The notes under the pieces: model-generated
Told to the model about the DNA's origin: nothing
Database searches by the model: none
What the model saw: only the letters and a program-made list of their open reading frames with translations
Assembly: GCA_046484865.1 (NCBI GenBank)
Contig: JAWOID010000089.1
Span: forward strand, 1 to 53,834
DNA length: 53,834 nucleotides
Origin: Candidatus Krumholzibacteriia bacterium
GTDB lineage: Bacteria > Krumholzibacteriota > Krumholzibacteriia > LZORAL124-64-63
Reading direction: 5' to 3'
Made by a program: the position numbers and the translations under genes
Part shown: positions 18,042 to 27,777 of the stretch, piece after piece
Layout of the letters: each line of letters opens with the position of its first letter
Numbering within the stretch: the stretch's first letter is position 1

Positions 18042-20783
18042 GTGATCCCCGATCCTGCCCACGACGACCCCCGTCATCTGAGCGAGGTGCTCACCGGCCG
18101 CGTGCTGCCGCTGGTCTCGCGGCCGGCGCGCTCCGTGGGCGGCGAGCTGGGCGCCAGGCGCGATCCGTGGTCCGTGGACCGGGTGAACGTGTTGCTCGCC
18201 TTCCCCGACGTGTACGAGGTGGGGATGTCGCACCTGGGTGTGCGGCTCCTCTACCAGCTGGTGAACGATCGCGCGGGCGCGTTCTGCGACCTGGCGTTCG
18301 CACCCTGGCCCGACCTCGAGGAACAGCTGCGTCGCTTCCGGCTGCCGCTCTTCGGGCTGGAGAGCCGCCGGCCGGCGCGGGCTTTCGATCTGGTGGGATT
18401 CTCGCTGGGCTACGAGCTGGGCTTCACCAACGTGCTCACGATGCTCGATCTGGCGGGCCTGCCGCTGCGGGCGGCCGAGCGGGGCGAGGACGATCCGCTG
18501 GTGGTGGCCGGCGGTGCGGCCACTCTCAATCCGGTGGTGATGGGCCCATTCTGCGACCTGCTGCTGCTGGGCGACGGAGAGGAGTCGCTGCTGGAACTGG
18601 TGGATGCGCTCGAGGCGGCGCGCCGCGAGCGCGCCCCGCGGGCGGAACGGCTGCGCCGGGCGCGCGCCCTGCCCGGGGCATGGTATCCCGGGGTGGATCG
18701 GCCGGTGCGTCCCCGGTTCGTGGCCGACCTGTCGGCGCCGCCGCCGCCGGAGCTGGTGCCGGTGATCGAGCCGGTCCACGACCGCGTCACCGTGGAGGTG
18801 ATGCGCGGCTGCGCCCGGGGCTGCCGCTTCTGCCAGGCCGGCATGGTGCACCGCCCGGTTCGCGAACGCGACCCGGGCGCGGTGGTGGCCGCGGCGCACG
18901 CCGAGGTGTTGCGCAGCGGGCAGCCGGAGGTCTCGGTGCAGGCGCTGTCCGCCTCGGACTACACCGGTCTGGCCGCCACGGTGACCGGTCTGGGGGCGGC
19001 GCTGGCCGGGACGCGCACCAACCTCGTGCTGCCCAGCCTGCGCGCCGGCGCCCTGGAGGCCGGTCTGGCCGAGCAGATCGGCCGGGAGCGCCCTGGCGGC
19101 TTCACCCTGGCGCCCGAGGCAGGGACGCAGCGGCTGCGTGACGTGATCAACAAGCAGCTCACCGAGGAGCAGATCGTCGCGTCGGTGGAGCATGCGTTCG
19201 CGGCCGGGGCGCAGCGCGTGAAGCTCTACTTCATGATCGGCCTGCCCACCGAGACCGACGCCGACCTGGACGGCATCGTGGCGCTCGTGAGCTGGGCGGT
19301 GGGGACGAGTCCGCTGGGCGCCAAGCAGGTGAACGTCTCCATCTCGCCGTTCGCGCCCAAGCCCCACACGCCGTTCCAGTGGGCCGGGCAGATCGCGCGC
19401 GACGAGATCGCCCGGCGCAACCGCTACCTGGATCAGCGGCTGAGCCGGCTGCGGGTGAAGGCCGCTCTGCGAGATCCGGACGTGAGCTTCCTGGAGGCGG
19501 TGCTGGGACTCGGTCACGGGGCGGTGGCCGACGTGGTGGAGGATGCCTGGCGGCGGGGAGCGCGCTTCGACGCCTGGACCGAGGTCTTCCGCATGTCGCG
19601 CTGGGAGGAGGCGTTCGCGGCCGCCGGGGTGGACCCGCTGGAAATCGTGGCTCCCCGCGCCGTGGCCGAACCCCTGCCCTGGGACGGGGTGGCGGGACCG
19701 GTGAGCCGGGAGTTCCTGGCCGCCGACTGGGAGCGCGCCCGTCGGGGGCGGACGCTGCCCGACTGCCGTCTGTCCCGGACCTGTTTCCACTGCGGGGCCT
19801 GCCCCGAGGGCCAGGAGCACGTCTTCGCGCAGGCGACGGGAGCCGCTGCGGGCACGGAGGGATCCGCGTCGCCGGCCGCCGCCGCGGAGCCCGTGGCCGT
19901 GGCCGCCCCTGACTCTGCGGCAGCGGTCGCGACGATCGACGCATCGACCACCGGAGGGGCGGGAACCCCGCCGGATACGGACGATCCGCGCTGGCGTTCA
20001 TGGCGCAGCCAGGCGGCGGATCGCTGCTGGCACCGGGTCGCCTACGCCAAGGAGGGTGATCTGATCTTCCTGGGACATCTGGACTTCCAGCGGCAACTCC
20101 AGCTGGCCCTGCGACGTTCCGGCTTGCCGCTTGCCTACAGCAAGGGCTATCATCCCCATCCGTTGATGAAGTTCGGGGCGCCACTCCCCGTGGGCGTGGC
20201 CGGCGCGCAGGAAACGTTCGACGTGGCCCTCGAATGGGCGCGGTCCGACGCGGGGGCGTTTCTGGACGCAGCCCTGCCGCCGGGGCTGCGAGTCCGGGGC
20301 GTGGTCGTGGTGGGGGCGCAGTCGCCGCCCTCGATCGACCGGTTCGTGGAGCGCTGCTCGTACCGGGTGGCGCTGCCGCCCGTCTCCGCGGGAGGGCCCA
20401 CGTCGGAGCAGCTCCGCGGGCGCCGGGACGCTTTCCTGGCCAGCGCGCGGTGGCTGCACGTGCGCGAACGCCCGCGGGGCGACCTGGAGATCGACGTCCG
20501 TCCGCTCGTTCCCGAGGGCGGTCTGACGCTGGATGAAGACGACGGCGAAGAAGGCCGGCCGTGGCTCTCCTGCACGCTGCTGCGGGACGAGCGCGCCGCC
20601 CATCTGCCGATCTACGACTTCCTGGCCAGTCTGCTCGGCCCGACCCTGGCCGAGCCGCGCTGGTGCCGGTGCGAACGCACCGTGTGCCAGGGCCGGGACG
20701 AAGCTGGACGCTGGCTCACGCCCCTCGAGGACGTGGCCGCCACTGGCCGGCGCTTCTGGCTGAGGACGAGGATCCTCGGCTAG
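18042..20783 (+). CDS. B12-binding-type radical SAM protein (TIGR03960-like) fused to a radical-SAM-linked TIGR03936/DUF2344-like domain
   Basis: FPDVYEVGMSHLG, CARGCRFC (CxxxCxxC), PKPHTPFQW and a CxxCGAC cluster. The C-terminal domain has YAKEG..FLGHLD...RRSGLP.AYSKGYHPHP. Confidence 0.85.
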   Translation: MIPDPAHDDPRHLSEVLTGRVLPLVSRPARSVGGELGARRDPWSVDRVNVLLAFPDVYEVGMSHLGVRLLYQLVNDRAGAFCDLAFAPWPDLEEQLRRFRLPLFGLESRRPARAFDLVGFSLGYELGFTNVLTMLDLAGLPLRAAERGEDDPLVVAGGAATLNPVVMGPFCDLLLLGDGEESLLELVDALEAARRERAPRAERLRRARALPGAWYPGVDRPVRPRFVADLSAPPPPELVPVIEPVHDRVTVEVMRGCARGCRFCQAGMVHRPVRERDPGAVVAAAHAEVLRSGQPEVSVQALSASDYTGLAATVTGLGAALAGTRTNLVLPSLRAGALEAGLAEQIGRERPGGFTLAPEAGTQRLRDVINKQLTEEQIVASVEHAFAAGAQRVKLYFMIGLPTETDADLDGIVALVSWAVGTSPLGAKQVNVSISPFAPKPHTPFQWAGQIARDEIARRNRYLDQRLSRLRVKAALRDPDVSFLEAVLGLGHGAVADVVEDAWRRGARFDAWTEVFRMSRWEEAFAAAGVDPLEIVAPRAVAEPLPWDGVAGPVSREFLAADWERARRGRTLPDCRLSRTCFHCGACPEGQEHVFAQATGAAAGTEGSASPAAAAEPVAVAAPDSAAAVATIDASTTGGAGTPPDTDDPRWRSWRSQAADRCWHRVAYAKEGDLIFLGHLDFQRQLQLALRRSGLPLAYSKGYHPHPLMKFGAPLPVGVAGAQETFDVALEWARSDAGAFLDAALPPGLRVRGVVVVGAQSPPSIDRFVERCSYRVALPPVSAGGPTSEQLRGRRDAFLASARWLHVRERPRGDLEIDVRPLVPEGGLTLDEDDGEEGRPWLSCTLLRDERAAHLPIYDFLASLLGPTLAEPRWCRCERTVCQGRDEAGRWLTPLEDVAATGRRFWLRTRILG

Positions 20784-20804
20784 AGCGCGCGGCGACAGGA
20801 TTGC

Positions 20805-22388
20805 ATGCGCAAAGAAATCATCGTCAACTCGTCGCCTCACGAGGTCCGCGTCGCCATCCTGGAGGATGGCGAACTGGTGGAGATGCTCGTGGAGCGTGCC
20901 GACGCCAGACGGATCGTCGGCAACGTCTACAAGGGCCGCGTCAGCAGCGTCAAGCCGGGGCTGCAGGCCGCCTTCGTGGAACTCGGCCTGGACAAGGCGG
21001 GCTTCCTGCACGCCTCCGACCTGCAACACTCCGGTGCCGACGAGGAGAACGGCGCGCCGCCGACCGCCGGCCCGCGCGGGCGCGGACGGACGCGCAACGA
21101 GCGGGCGCCGGAGATCGACAAGGTGCTGAAGGTGGGCGACGAGGTGATCGTGCAGGTCACCAAGGAGCCGATTAGCACCAAGGGTCCGCGGCTCACCGCC
21201 GACGTCAGCCTGCCCGGCCGCTATCTCGTGATGATGCCCATGGGCAAGCACGTGGGCGTCTCGCGCAAGATCGAGGACCGGCGCGAGCGCGTCCGTCTGA
21301 AGCAGCTCCTGCAGAAGAACCGTCCCGACACCGGTGCCTACATCATCCGCACCGCCGCCACCAACGTGGAGGAGGAGGCGATCAAGCAGGACGTCCGCTA
21401 CCTGGCCGACCTGGCGGGCGAGATCAAGGCCAAGGCCGAGGCGTCGCAGGCGCCGGCGCTCGTCCACGAGGACGTGGGGATGGTCGTGGGCCTCATCCGC
21501 GACATCTTCAAGGACGACGTGGACGAACTGGTGATCGACGACCGTGACGACTACGAGCGGTTGCTCACCTACGTCCGCTCGTTCGCGCCGGAGCTCAAGG
21601 GGCGTATCCGCCTGTACAAGGGCGACCTGCCCATCTTCGACAGCTACGAGATCGAGCCGGAGATCAGGAAGAGCCTGGAGCGCCGCGTCTGGATGAAGAA
21701 GGGCGGCTACCTGATCATCGAGCCCACCGAGGCGCTCGTCTCGATCGACGTGAACACCGGCCGCTTCACCGGCAAGCGCAACCAGGAGGAGACCATCCTC
21801 CAGACCAACATGCTCGCCGCCAAGGAAGTGGCGCGGCAGCTGCGGTTGCGGGACGTGGGCGGGATCATCGTCATCGACTTCATCGACATGGAGAGCGAGC
21901 AGAACCGCAAGCGGGTGTTCAACGAGGTGCGGCAGCACCTCAAGCGCGACCGCGCCCGCACCAAGGTCTTCCAGGTGAGCGGACTGGGCCTGGTGGAGAT
22001 GAGCCGGCAGCGGGTGCGCCCCTCGCTGCTCAGCCAGCTCAGCGACCAGTGCCCGTACTGCAACGGCATGGGCAAGGTGCTGAGCATGGAAACCGTCTGC
22101 AACAGCATCGAGCGGCTGGTGCAGCGGATCGCCGTCGTCACCAAGGAGAAGCGGATCCAGATCCAGGGCAATCCCATCCTCGCCCTCTACATGCTGGAGG
22201 AGCGGCCGGAGCATTTCCGCGAGCTGTGCCGCAACTTCGACCTGGAGATCAACGTGCTGGACGATCCCGCCCTGCACGTGGAGGACTTCCGCATCGTCAG
22301 CCTGAGCTCGGAGAAGGACCTGATCGCCGAGTTCGAGAAGAAAGCGCGCACCGACGGCGGCGCGCGCCGCGGCGGGCGCGGGCGGTGA
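20805..22388 (+). CDS. rng: Ribonuclease G/E family
   Basis: VGNVYKGRV S1 domain, VQVTKEPISTKG, IDVNTG, GGIIVIDFIDM and the CPYCNG Zn-link. Confidence 0.92.
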   Translation: MRKEIIVNSSPHEVRVAILEDGELVEMLVERADARRIVGNVYKGRVSSVKPGLQAAFVELGLDKAGFLHASDLQHSGADEENGAPPTAGPRGRGRTRNERAPEIDKVLKVGDEVIVQVTKEPISTKGPRLTADVSLPGRYLVMMPMGKHVGVSRKIEDRRERVRLKQLLQKNRPDTGAYIIRTAATNVEEEAIKQDVRYLADLAGEIKAKAEASQAPALVHEDVGMVVGLIRDIFKDDVDELVIDDRDDYERLLTYVRSFAPELKGRIRLYKGDLPIFDSYEIEPEIRKSLERRVWMKKGGYLIIEPTEALVSIDVNTGRFTGKRNQEETILQTNMLAAKEVARQLRLRDVGGIIVIDFIDMESEQNRKRVFNEVRQHLKRDRARTKVFQVSGLGLVEMSRQRVRPSLLSQLSDQCPYCNGMGKVLSMETVCNSIERLVQRIAVVTKEKRIQIQGNPILALYMLEERPEHFRELCRNFDLEINVLDDPALHVEDFRIVSLSSEKDLIAEFEKKARTDGGARRGGRGR

Positions 22389-22394
22389 TCCGGA

Positions 22395-23387
22395 TCAGAC
22401 CGTGGCGCGCGACGGCTCCGAGGCGCCCGCGGGCGGCGTGATCGGGATCTCGCGGGCCGTCTGCAGGCGCGCCACGTAGAGGTGCCTGGCCGCCAGCCGG
22501 CGATCGCGGGCGCTCCGCCACGCCAGCGCACTCCGCAGCATGCCCTTGATCCCGTACTCCAGAAACTGGACCGCCCGGAAGAGCGCGACCCGGCGGGCGC
22601 CGTGGTGTTTGGCCACCCACAGCCGGTAGCTGCGCTGGAACTGGGCCAGGCTGAACCGCGACACCTGCTCCGCCGCGCGACCTTCCAGGTGCTGCACCGT
22701 CACGTCCGGGCACAGGAAGGTGCGCCGGCCGGCGGCGCGGGCGCGCCGGCACCAGTCGCTCTCCTCGAAGTAGAGGAAGAATCGCTCGTCCAGCGGTCCG
22801 ATGGCGTCCCACACCTCGGTGCGCAGCAGCAGACACGCGCCCTTCGCGTAGTCCACGGTGAAGGGGGCGCCGGGACGCGGCACGCGGCCGAGCCCTCGGC
22901 GCCAGCCGGGCGGAAGCCACGCGCCCGCCGGATCGAGCGCCGCGAGCAGGTGGTGCCAGGGGCGGGGGAAGTCGCCGTAGCTGGCGGTGGGGCGCCCGGC
23001 CGCGTCCACGAGCAGCGGAGCCACGGCGGCGGCATCGGGCAGGCGCTGCAGGTGCTCCCAGAGCCGGGAGAGCGAACCGAGCGGGCAGGTGGTATCGGGG
23101 TTCAGCAGCAGGTAGGCGTGGGCGCGCTCGCCGCTCTCCAGCAGGGCGCGCACGCCCAGGTTGCAGCCGCCTGCGAACCCGAGGTTGGCGCCGCTCTCCA
23201 CCAGCCGGACCGCCGGGAAATCGCGTCTCACCAGCTCCGCGGAGCCGTCCCGGGAGGCATTGTCCACCACCACGGCGCGCCAGCGCGTGCCCGCCAGCGC
23301 GCCGGGCAGCGAGGCCAGGCAACCCTGCAGGGTGGTGCGGGTGTTCCAGCTGACGACGATGACCGCGACGTCGGCGGTGACAGCCAT
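22395..23387 (-). CDS. Glycosyltransferase family 2
   Basis: VIVVSWN, VVDNASRDGS, NLGFAGGCN, LLNPD, LDERFFLYFEESDW. Confidence 0.9.
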   Translation of the reverse strand: MAVTADVAVIVVSWNTRTTLQGCLASLPGALAGTRWRAVVVDNASRDGSAELVRRDFPAVRLVESGANLGFAGGCNLGVRALLESGERAHAYLLLNPDTTCPLGSLSRLWEHLQRLPDAAAVAPLLVDAAGRPTASYGDFPRPWHHLLAALDPAGAWLPPGWRRGLGRVPRPGAPFTVDYAKGACLLLRTEVWDAIGPLDERFFLYFEESDWCRRARAAGRRTFLCPDVTVQHLEGRAAEQVSRFSLAQFQRSYRLWVAKHHGARRVALFRAVQFLEYGIKGMLRSALAWRSARDRRLAARHLYVARLQTAREIPITPPAGASEPSRATV

Positions 23388-23390
23388 GGG

Positions 23391-24275
23391 TCACCGCTTC
23401 CGGCTGGCGCGGCGCAGGATGTTCTTCTCCTCGTCGGTGAGGCTCTCGAGGCCCTCCCGCGAGATCTTGTCGAGGATGGCGTCGATGCGGTCGCCGCTCA
23501 CGCCGTCGGTTCCGCCGTTGCCGCCGCGACCGCCGGCGCCCCGCCGGCGTGGGGTGGGACCCGCCGAGTTCCGGGGCGTGACGACGCGGAACCGCGCGCG
23601 ACCGCGCCAGCGGCGCCACGACCGCACGACATCGTGGAGGCTGCGGCCGCGGCCGCGGCCGAGGCCCCCGAAGAACCACAGGAAGGCGAGGCCGAACACC
23701 ATGCCGCCCAGGTGCGCCCAGTGGGCGATGTTGCCGCCGCGGGGCATGGACAGCAACTCGATCAGCGCGAACAGCACCACCAGGTACTTGGCCTTGATGG
23801 GGAGCACGAGGAACAGCATGATCACCGCGTTGGGGAACGTCACCCCGTACGCCAGCAGGATCGCGTACACGGCGCCGGACGCGCCGAGCATGAGCGCCAT
23901 CGGCTCGTTCACGAGCGAGAACAGGCCGTAGGTGACGGCCCCGCCCACGCCGCCCACGAAGTAGTAGATCACGAACGAGCGGCTGCCCCACACCCCCTCG
24001 AGCTGGGTGCCGAACATCCAGAGGACGAACATGTTCAGGCCCACGTGCCAGAGCCCGTCGTGGATGAACATGTAGGTGACGAACCGCCAGAGCTCGAACT
24101 GCTGGAAGGCGAGCCTCGGTGTGAAGGCGAAGGTCTGGACGAGCGCGTCGCTGCGGGTGATGACCTGGAGTACGAACACGGCGAAGTTGGCGATCAACAG
24201 GCCCTTGACCGCCGGCCCGAGCGTCAGGCCCGGCCCGAACGTGACGCCTCCGCCGGAAAAACGCCTGCGGTGCAC
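23391..24275 (-). CDS. Rhomboid-family intramembrane serine protease with small C-terminal DUF6576-like tail
   Basis: WRFVTYMF, HVGLNM, GASG (catalytic Ser), AHLGG (catalytic His). The tail reads IDAILDKISREGLESLT. Confidence 0.9.
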   Translation of the reverse strand: MHRRRFSGGGVTFGPGLTLGPAVKGLLIANFAVFVLQVITRSDALVQTFAFTPRLAFQQFELWRFVTYMFIHDGLWHVGLNMFVLWMFGTQLEGVWGSRSFVIYYFVGGVGGAVTYGLFSLVNEPMALMLGASGAVYAILLAYGVTFPNAVIMLFLVLPIKAKYLVVLFALIELLSMPRGGNIAHWAHLGGMVFGLAFLWFFGGLGRGRGRSLHDVVRSWRRWRGRARFRVVTPRNSAGPTPRRRGAGGRGGNGGTDGVSGDRIDAILDKISREGLESLTDEEKNILRRASRKR

Positions 24276-24534
24276 GCAGTCAACCTCTCGCGCGGGTTGC
24301 AGGGGCGGCCGCGAGCGGTCGCGGCTGGTCGAGTCTGTCTAAATCTACACCAGATCGGGCGCGGCGACAGCCCGGGGTGCGCACGGACGCCGATCGCGCC
24401 GCTCGACGCCCCGACCGGGTGGTGCTTACAATTCCCCGCCCCGCTGCGACGGCAAGTTCGGCGCCGCCGTGGCGGTCCAGTGGAGCAGCGGCGAGCATCG
24501 GCTCGAGTCGCCGGGAATCGGAGGACCAGCAGTC

Positions 24535-25554
24535 GTGATCATTCTCGCCGACGCGCTCCAGACGCTTCTCGATCTCTCTCCCGTGCCGCTACCGGCCGCC
24601 GTGGCGCCGGAGGCCACGCCGGTGGCGGCGCTGACCCCCGCCGAGCGTCGCCTCTGGTCGGCCGCGGGCCGGGGCGGGCGACCGCTGCGCGTCGAGGTCG
24701 CGGCGCCCGCGCCGCTCGCCTTCTGGTCGCATGCCGTGCTGGTGGGCGAGGCCGAGCGCTCGCAGTACGATGCGCTGCGCGGGCTGGGCGATCTGGTGGG
24801 GGATCTGGGCGGCGGCGTGGCCTGCCTGGCCGGTCACGGCCGCGGTTTCCACGGCCACCGCGGCCGCACCTGGCAGGCGGTCCGGGGCAACCTGCACCTG
24901 AGCGCCGCCTGCGCTCCCGGCCTCGACGCCCGTGCCTGTGGACTGGCGTTGACGGCCCTGCCTGCCGTCGCCACGATCGAGTCGTTGCTCGCGGTCGCGC
25001 GCTGGCGGGAAAGGCCCGCCCTGAAGTGGGTGAACGACGTGATCGCGTCGGGACGCAAGGTGGCGGGCGTCCTCACGGCCACGCAGTCGGCGCGGGGGCG
25101 GGTCACGGCCCTCGTGGTCGGCGTGGGCCTGAACGTGGCCCGCGCGCCCGCCGTCCCGCCCGGTCTCTTCGTGCCCGCCGTGGGCGCTCTGCCCGAGCTG
25201 GTGCAGCCGCCCGCGCCGCCGTTGCCGCAGTGCCTGGCCGCACTCCTGGAGCGTCTCGCCGGCTGGATCCGCAGGACCGGCGTCGACGGGCCGGCGCCGC
25301 TGCTCGACGCGTACCGGCGCCACAGCCTCGTGGTCGGGCGCGAGGTCCTGGTCTGGGAGGAAGGTCTGCCCGAAGACGCGACGCGGGAAGCGCTGCCCGA
25401 GCCGGTTCGACGCGGCCGGGTGATCGGGATCGACGACGACCTGGCCCTGCGCCTGGAGGGGCAGGCCGAGCCGGTGAGGCGGGGACGGCTCGTGCTCGTC
25501 GCGACGGGGGAGCGGGATGCCGCCGGGCCGGCACCGGACGAGAGCCACGCCTGA
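24535..25554 (+). CDS. Atypical biotin-protein ligase (BirA-like, no HTH)
   Basis: GRGFHGHRGRTW...GNLHLS, LKWVNDV...RKVAGVL, GVGLNV and a C-terminal GRVIGIDDDLAL. GGAGG RBS before GTG 24535. Adjacent to a biotin enzyme. Confidence 0.75.
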   Translation: MIILADALQTLLDLSPVPLPAAVAPEATPVAALTPAERRLWSAAGRGGRPLRVEVAAPAPLAFWSHAVLVGEAERSQYDALRGLGDLVGDLGGGVACLAGHGRGFHGHRGRTWQAVRGNLHLSAACAPGLDARACGLALTALPAVATIESLLAVARWRERPALKWVNDVIASGRKVAGVLTATQSARGRVTALVVGVGLNVARAPAVPPGLFVPAVGALPELVQPPAPPLPQCLAALLERLAGWIRRTGVDGPAPLLDAYRRHSLVVGREVLVWEEGLPEDATREALPEPVRRGRVIGIDDDLALRLEGQAEPVRRGRLVLVATGERDAAGPAPDESHA

Positions 25555-25560
25555 AAACCC

Positions 25561-25640
25561 GTCGTCGGCCGGCGGATGTTCAAAGCTGTTCTTGAAACAT
25601 CGTGCCTCGGGTGAGACATTTCGGTTTCAGCAGCCTCGAC
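25561..25640 (+). ncRNA. Candidate cis-regulatory three-stem RNA upstream of oadG
   Basis: P1 GTCG..GGC (25561-69) / GCC.CGAC (25633-40). P2 GGCGGATGTTCAA (25571-83) / TTGAAACATCGTGCC (25592-606). P3 TGAGAC (25612-17) / GTTTCA (25624-29). Confidence 0.35.
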
Positions 25641-25683
25641 TGCCACGGATTCACAATCAAGGCTCCGCGGAAGGTGGCACCCA

Positions 25684-25887
25684 GTGAACCTCGTGTCCGC
25701 CTGTGGCATTGCGTTCAGCGCGGTGTTCCTGTTGCTGGCCGTACTCGCGGCACTGATGCAGGTGATGACCGTCGTCTTTCCCGAGCGCAAGCCCAAGACC
25801 GATTCCGCCCTGGTGGCGGCGATCTCAAGCACGGTCGCGTCCCTGCTCCCGGGTGCTCGCGTCACCCGCATCGAGGAGGAATCATGA
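25684..25887 (+). CDS. oadG: Na+-translocating decarboxylase gamma subunit
   Basis: Single N-terminal TM (GIAFSAVFLLLAVLA) and LVAAISS motif. Its stop overlaps the alpha-subunit start (ATGA). Confidence 0.75.
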   Translation: MNLVSACGIAFSAVFLLLAVLAALMQVMTVVFPERKPKTDSALVAAISSTVASLLPGARVTRIEEES

Positions 25888-27773
25888 TCTCCACCGAGCA
25901 GCCCAAGAAGATCCGGGTCATGTTCACGCCGTTCCGGGACGGACTGCAGAGTTCCTTCGGCGGCAAGGTCCGGCTCAAGGATATCCTTCCGGCGATGGAA
26001 TATTCCGCCAAGGAGGCGGGCATCCGGCACTTCGAGTTCGGCGGCGGCGCCCGTTACCAGGCGCCGTACTTCTACGTGGGCGAGGATCCGTTCGAGTGCC
26101 AGGACAAGATGCGCGAGGTGATCGGCCCCGACGCGGACACGCAGATCCTGACCCGCTCGGTCTCCGGCGTGACCCTCACCACCCAGCGCCTGGATGCCTT
26201 GCGTCTGCAGGCCAAGCTGATGGCGAAGCACGCCACCACCTGGGACCGCAACTTCGACTACATGAACGACGTGGACAACCTGGTGAAGACCGGCAAGCCG
26301 ATCGTGGAGGCCGGCATGCACCACCAGGTGTGCGTGGCCATGATGGGCCTGCCGTTCCATGACCCGAAGGTCCACACCCCCGAGTTCTACATCGACATCG
26401 TGCGCAAGCTGCTCGAGAAGGGGATCCACTTCGACTCGGTCTGCATGAAGGACGCGTCGGGCACAACCGACCCGAAGACCTGCTACGAGACCGCCAAGGG
26501 GCTGAAGAAGATCCTGCCCCCCGAGGTCATCCTCTGGCAGCATACCCACGACACCGCCAGCCTCGCCGTGGCGCAGTACATGGCCGGCATCGAGGCGGGA
26601 GTGGACGGCATCGACCTCTCCTGCCGTCCCATGGCCAGCGGCACCGTGCAGCCGGACGTGCGCTCCATGGCCCACGCCCTCAAGGGCACCGGCTACACGC
26701 TGGACCTGGACGCGTCGCGGATCCAGGAGATCGAGAATCTGCTCGTGGAGAGCATGTCCGAGTACGAGTTCGACCCGGTGACCACCTCCGCCGACGCCCG
26801 CGTGGTGGGCTTCCCGATGCCCGGCGGCGCGATCGGACCCAACGTGCACATGATGAAGGAGGCGGGGATCCTCGACCGGTACAGCGACGTGCTGGCGGAA
26901 TTCCCGGTGGTGGTGAAGGCGGGCGGCGCCTGGACCAGCGTGACGCCCGGCAGCCAGCAGTACTGGCTGCAGGCCTTCAACAACGTGTTGCACGGCCGCT
27001 GGAAGAAGATCAACGACGGTTATGGCAAGGCCGTGCTCGGCTACTTCGGCCGCACGCCGCTGCCGCCCGATCCGGAGGTGGTGAAGGTCGCCTCCGAGCA
27101 GCTCGGCAAGCCGCCGTTCACCGGCGACCCGCTCGACGCGGCGCCCGACAGTCTCGAACCCGCGCGCAAGGCGCTGGAGGAGCGGGGCCTGCCGGTCACC
27201 GACGAGAACGTCTTCCTGGTGGCCGCGGCCATCATCCCGGGCAAGAACATGGATCTCAACGAGGGGATCCGCCTGCTGACCGGCAAGGGCAAGATCGTCC
27301 TGCCGTTCAAGAAGAAGCCGGAAGCGGCCGCGAAGCCGGCCGCCGCTGCCGCACCGGCCGCCGCGCCGGCGGCCACGGCGGGGCCGGCCACCTTCAGCGG
27401 TCCGATGACCACCACCTGCACCGTGCTCGAGGGGACCACCTCGCGGAAGTTCCGGATCACGATCGAGCCGCCGGCCGGCGCCGCCGCGCAGGCGGGACCC
27501 GCCGTGCCGGACCCGCGCACCACGGCCACGGTGCCGGCGGCGAGCCAGGCGGGCACGGCCGTCTACTCGCCGTTCGAGGGCAAGACCGAGCTGGTGGAGA
27601 TCAACGTGAAGGTCGGCGACACGGTCGCCGAGGGTCAGGTGGTCGCCGCCGTGGAGGCCATGAAGGCCAAGCACGACGTGAAAGCTCCCGTGGGGGGGAA
27701 GGTGCTGAGCATCGATGCCGAGCTGGGTACGGACGTCGAGGCGGGACAGCCCATCCTGACCATCGGGGGTTGA
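25884..27773 (+). CDS. oadA: Oxaloacetate decarboxylase alpha / pyruvate carboxyltransferase subunit with biotin carrier domain
   Basis: FRDGLQS, KDASG, HTH metal site, PGG, VTPGSQ, an Ala/Pro linker and the EAMK biotinyl lysine. GAGGAGG RBS. Confidence 0.85.
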   Translation: MISTEQPKKIRVMFTPFRDGLQSSFGGKVRLKDILPAMEYSAKEAGIRHFEFGGGARYQAPYFYVGEDPFECQDKMREVIGPDADTQILTRSVSGVTLTTQRLDALRLQAKLMAKHATTWDRNFDYMNDVDNLVKTGKPIVEAGMHHQVCVAMMGLPFHDPKVHTPEFYIDIVRKLLEKGIHFDSVCMKDASGTTDPKTCYETAKGLKKILPPEVILWQHTHDTASLAVAQYMAGIEAGVDGIDLSCRPMASGTVQPDVRSMAHALKGTGYTLDLDASRIQEIENLLVESMSEYEFDPVTTSADARVVGFPMPGGAIGPNVHMMKEAGILDRYSDVLAEFPVVVKAGGAWTSVTPGSQQYWLQAFNNVLHGRWKKINDGYGKAVLGYFGRTPLPPDPEVVKVASEQLGKPPFTGDPLDAAPDSLEPARKALEERGLPVTDENVFLVAAAIIPGKNMDLNEGIRLLTGKGKIVLPFKKKPEAAAKPAAAAAPAAAPAATAGPATFSGPMTTTCTVLEGTTSRKFRITIEPPAGAAAQAGPAVPDPRTTATVPAASQAGTAVYSPFEGKTELVEINVKVGDTVAEGQVVAAVEAMKAKHDVKAPVGGKVLSIDAELGTDVEAGQPILTIGG

Positions 27774-27777
27774 GCGC

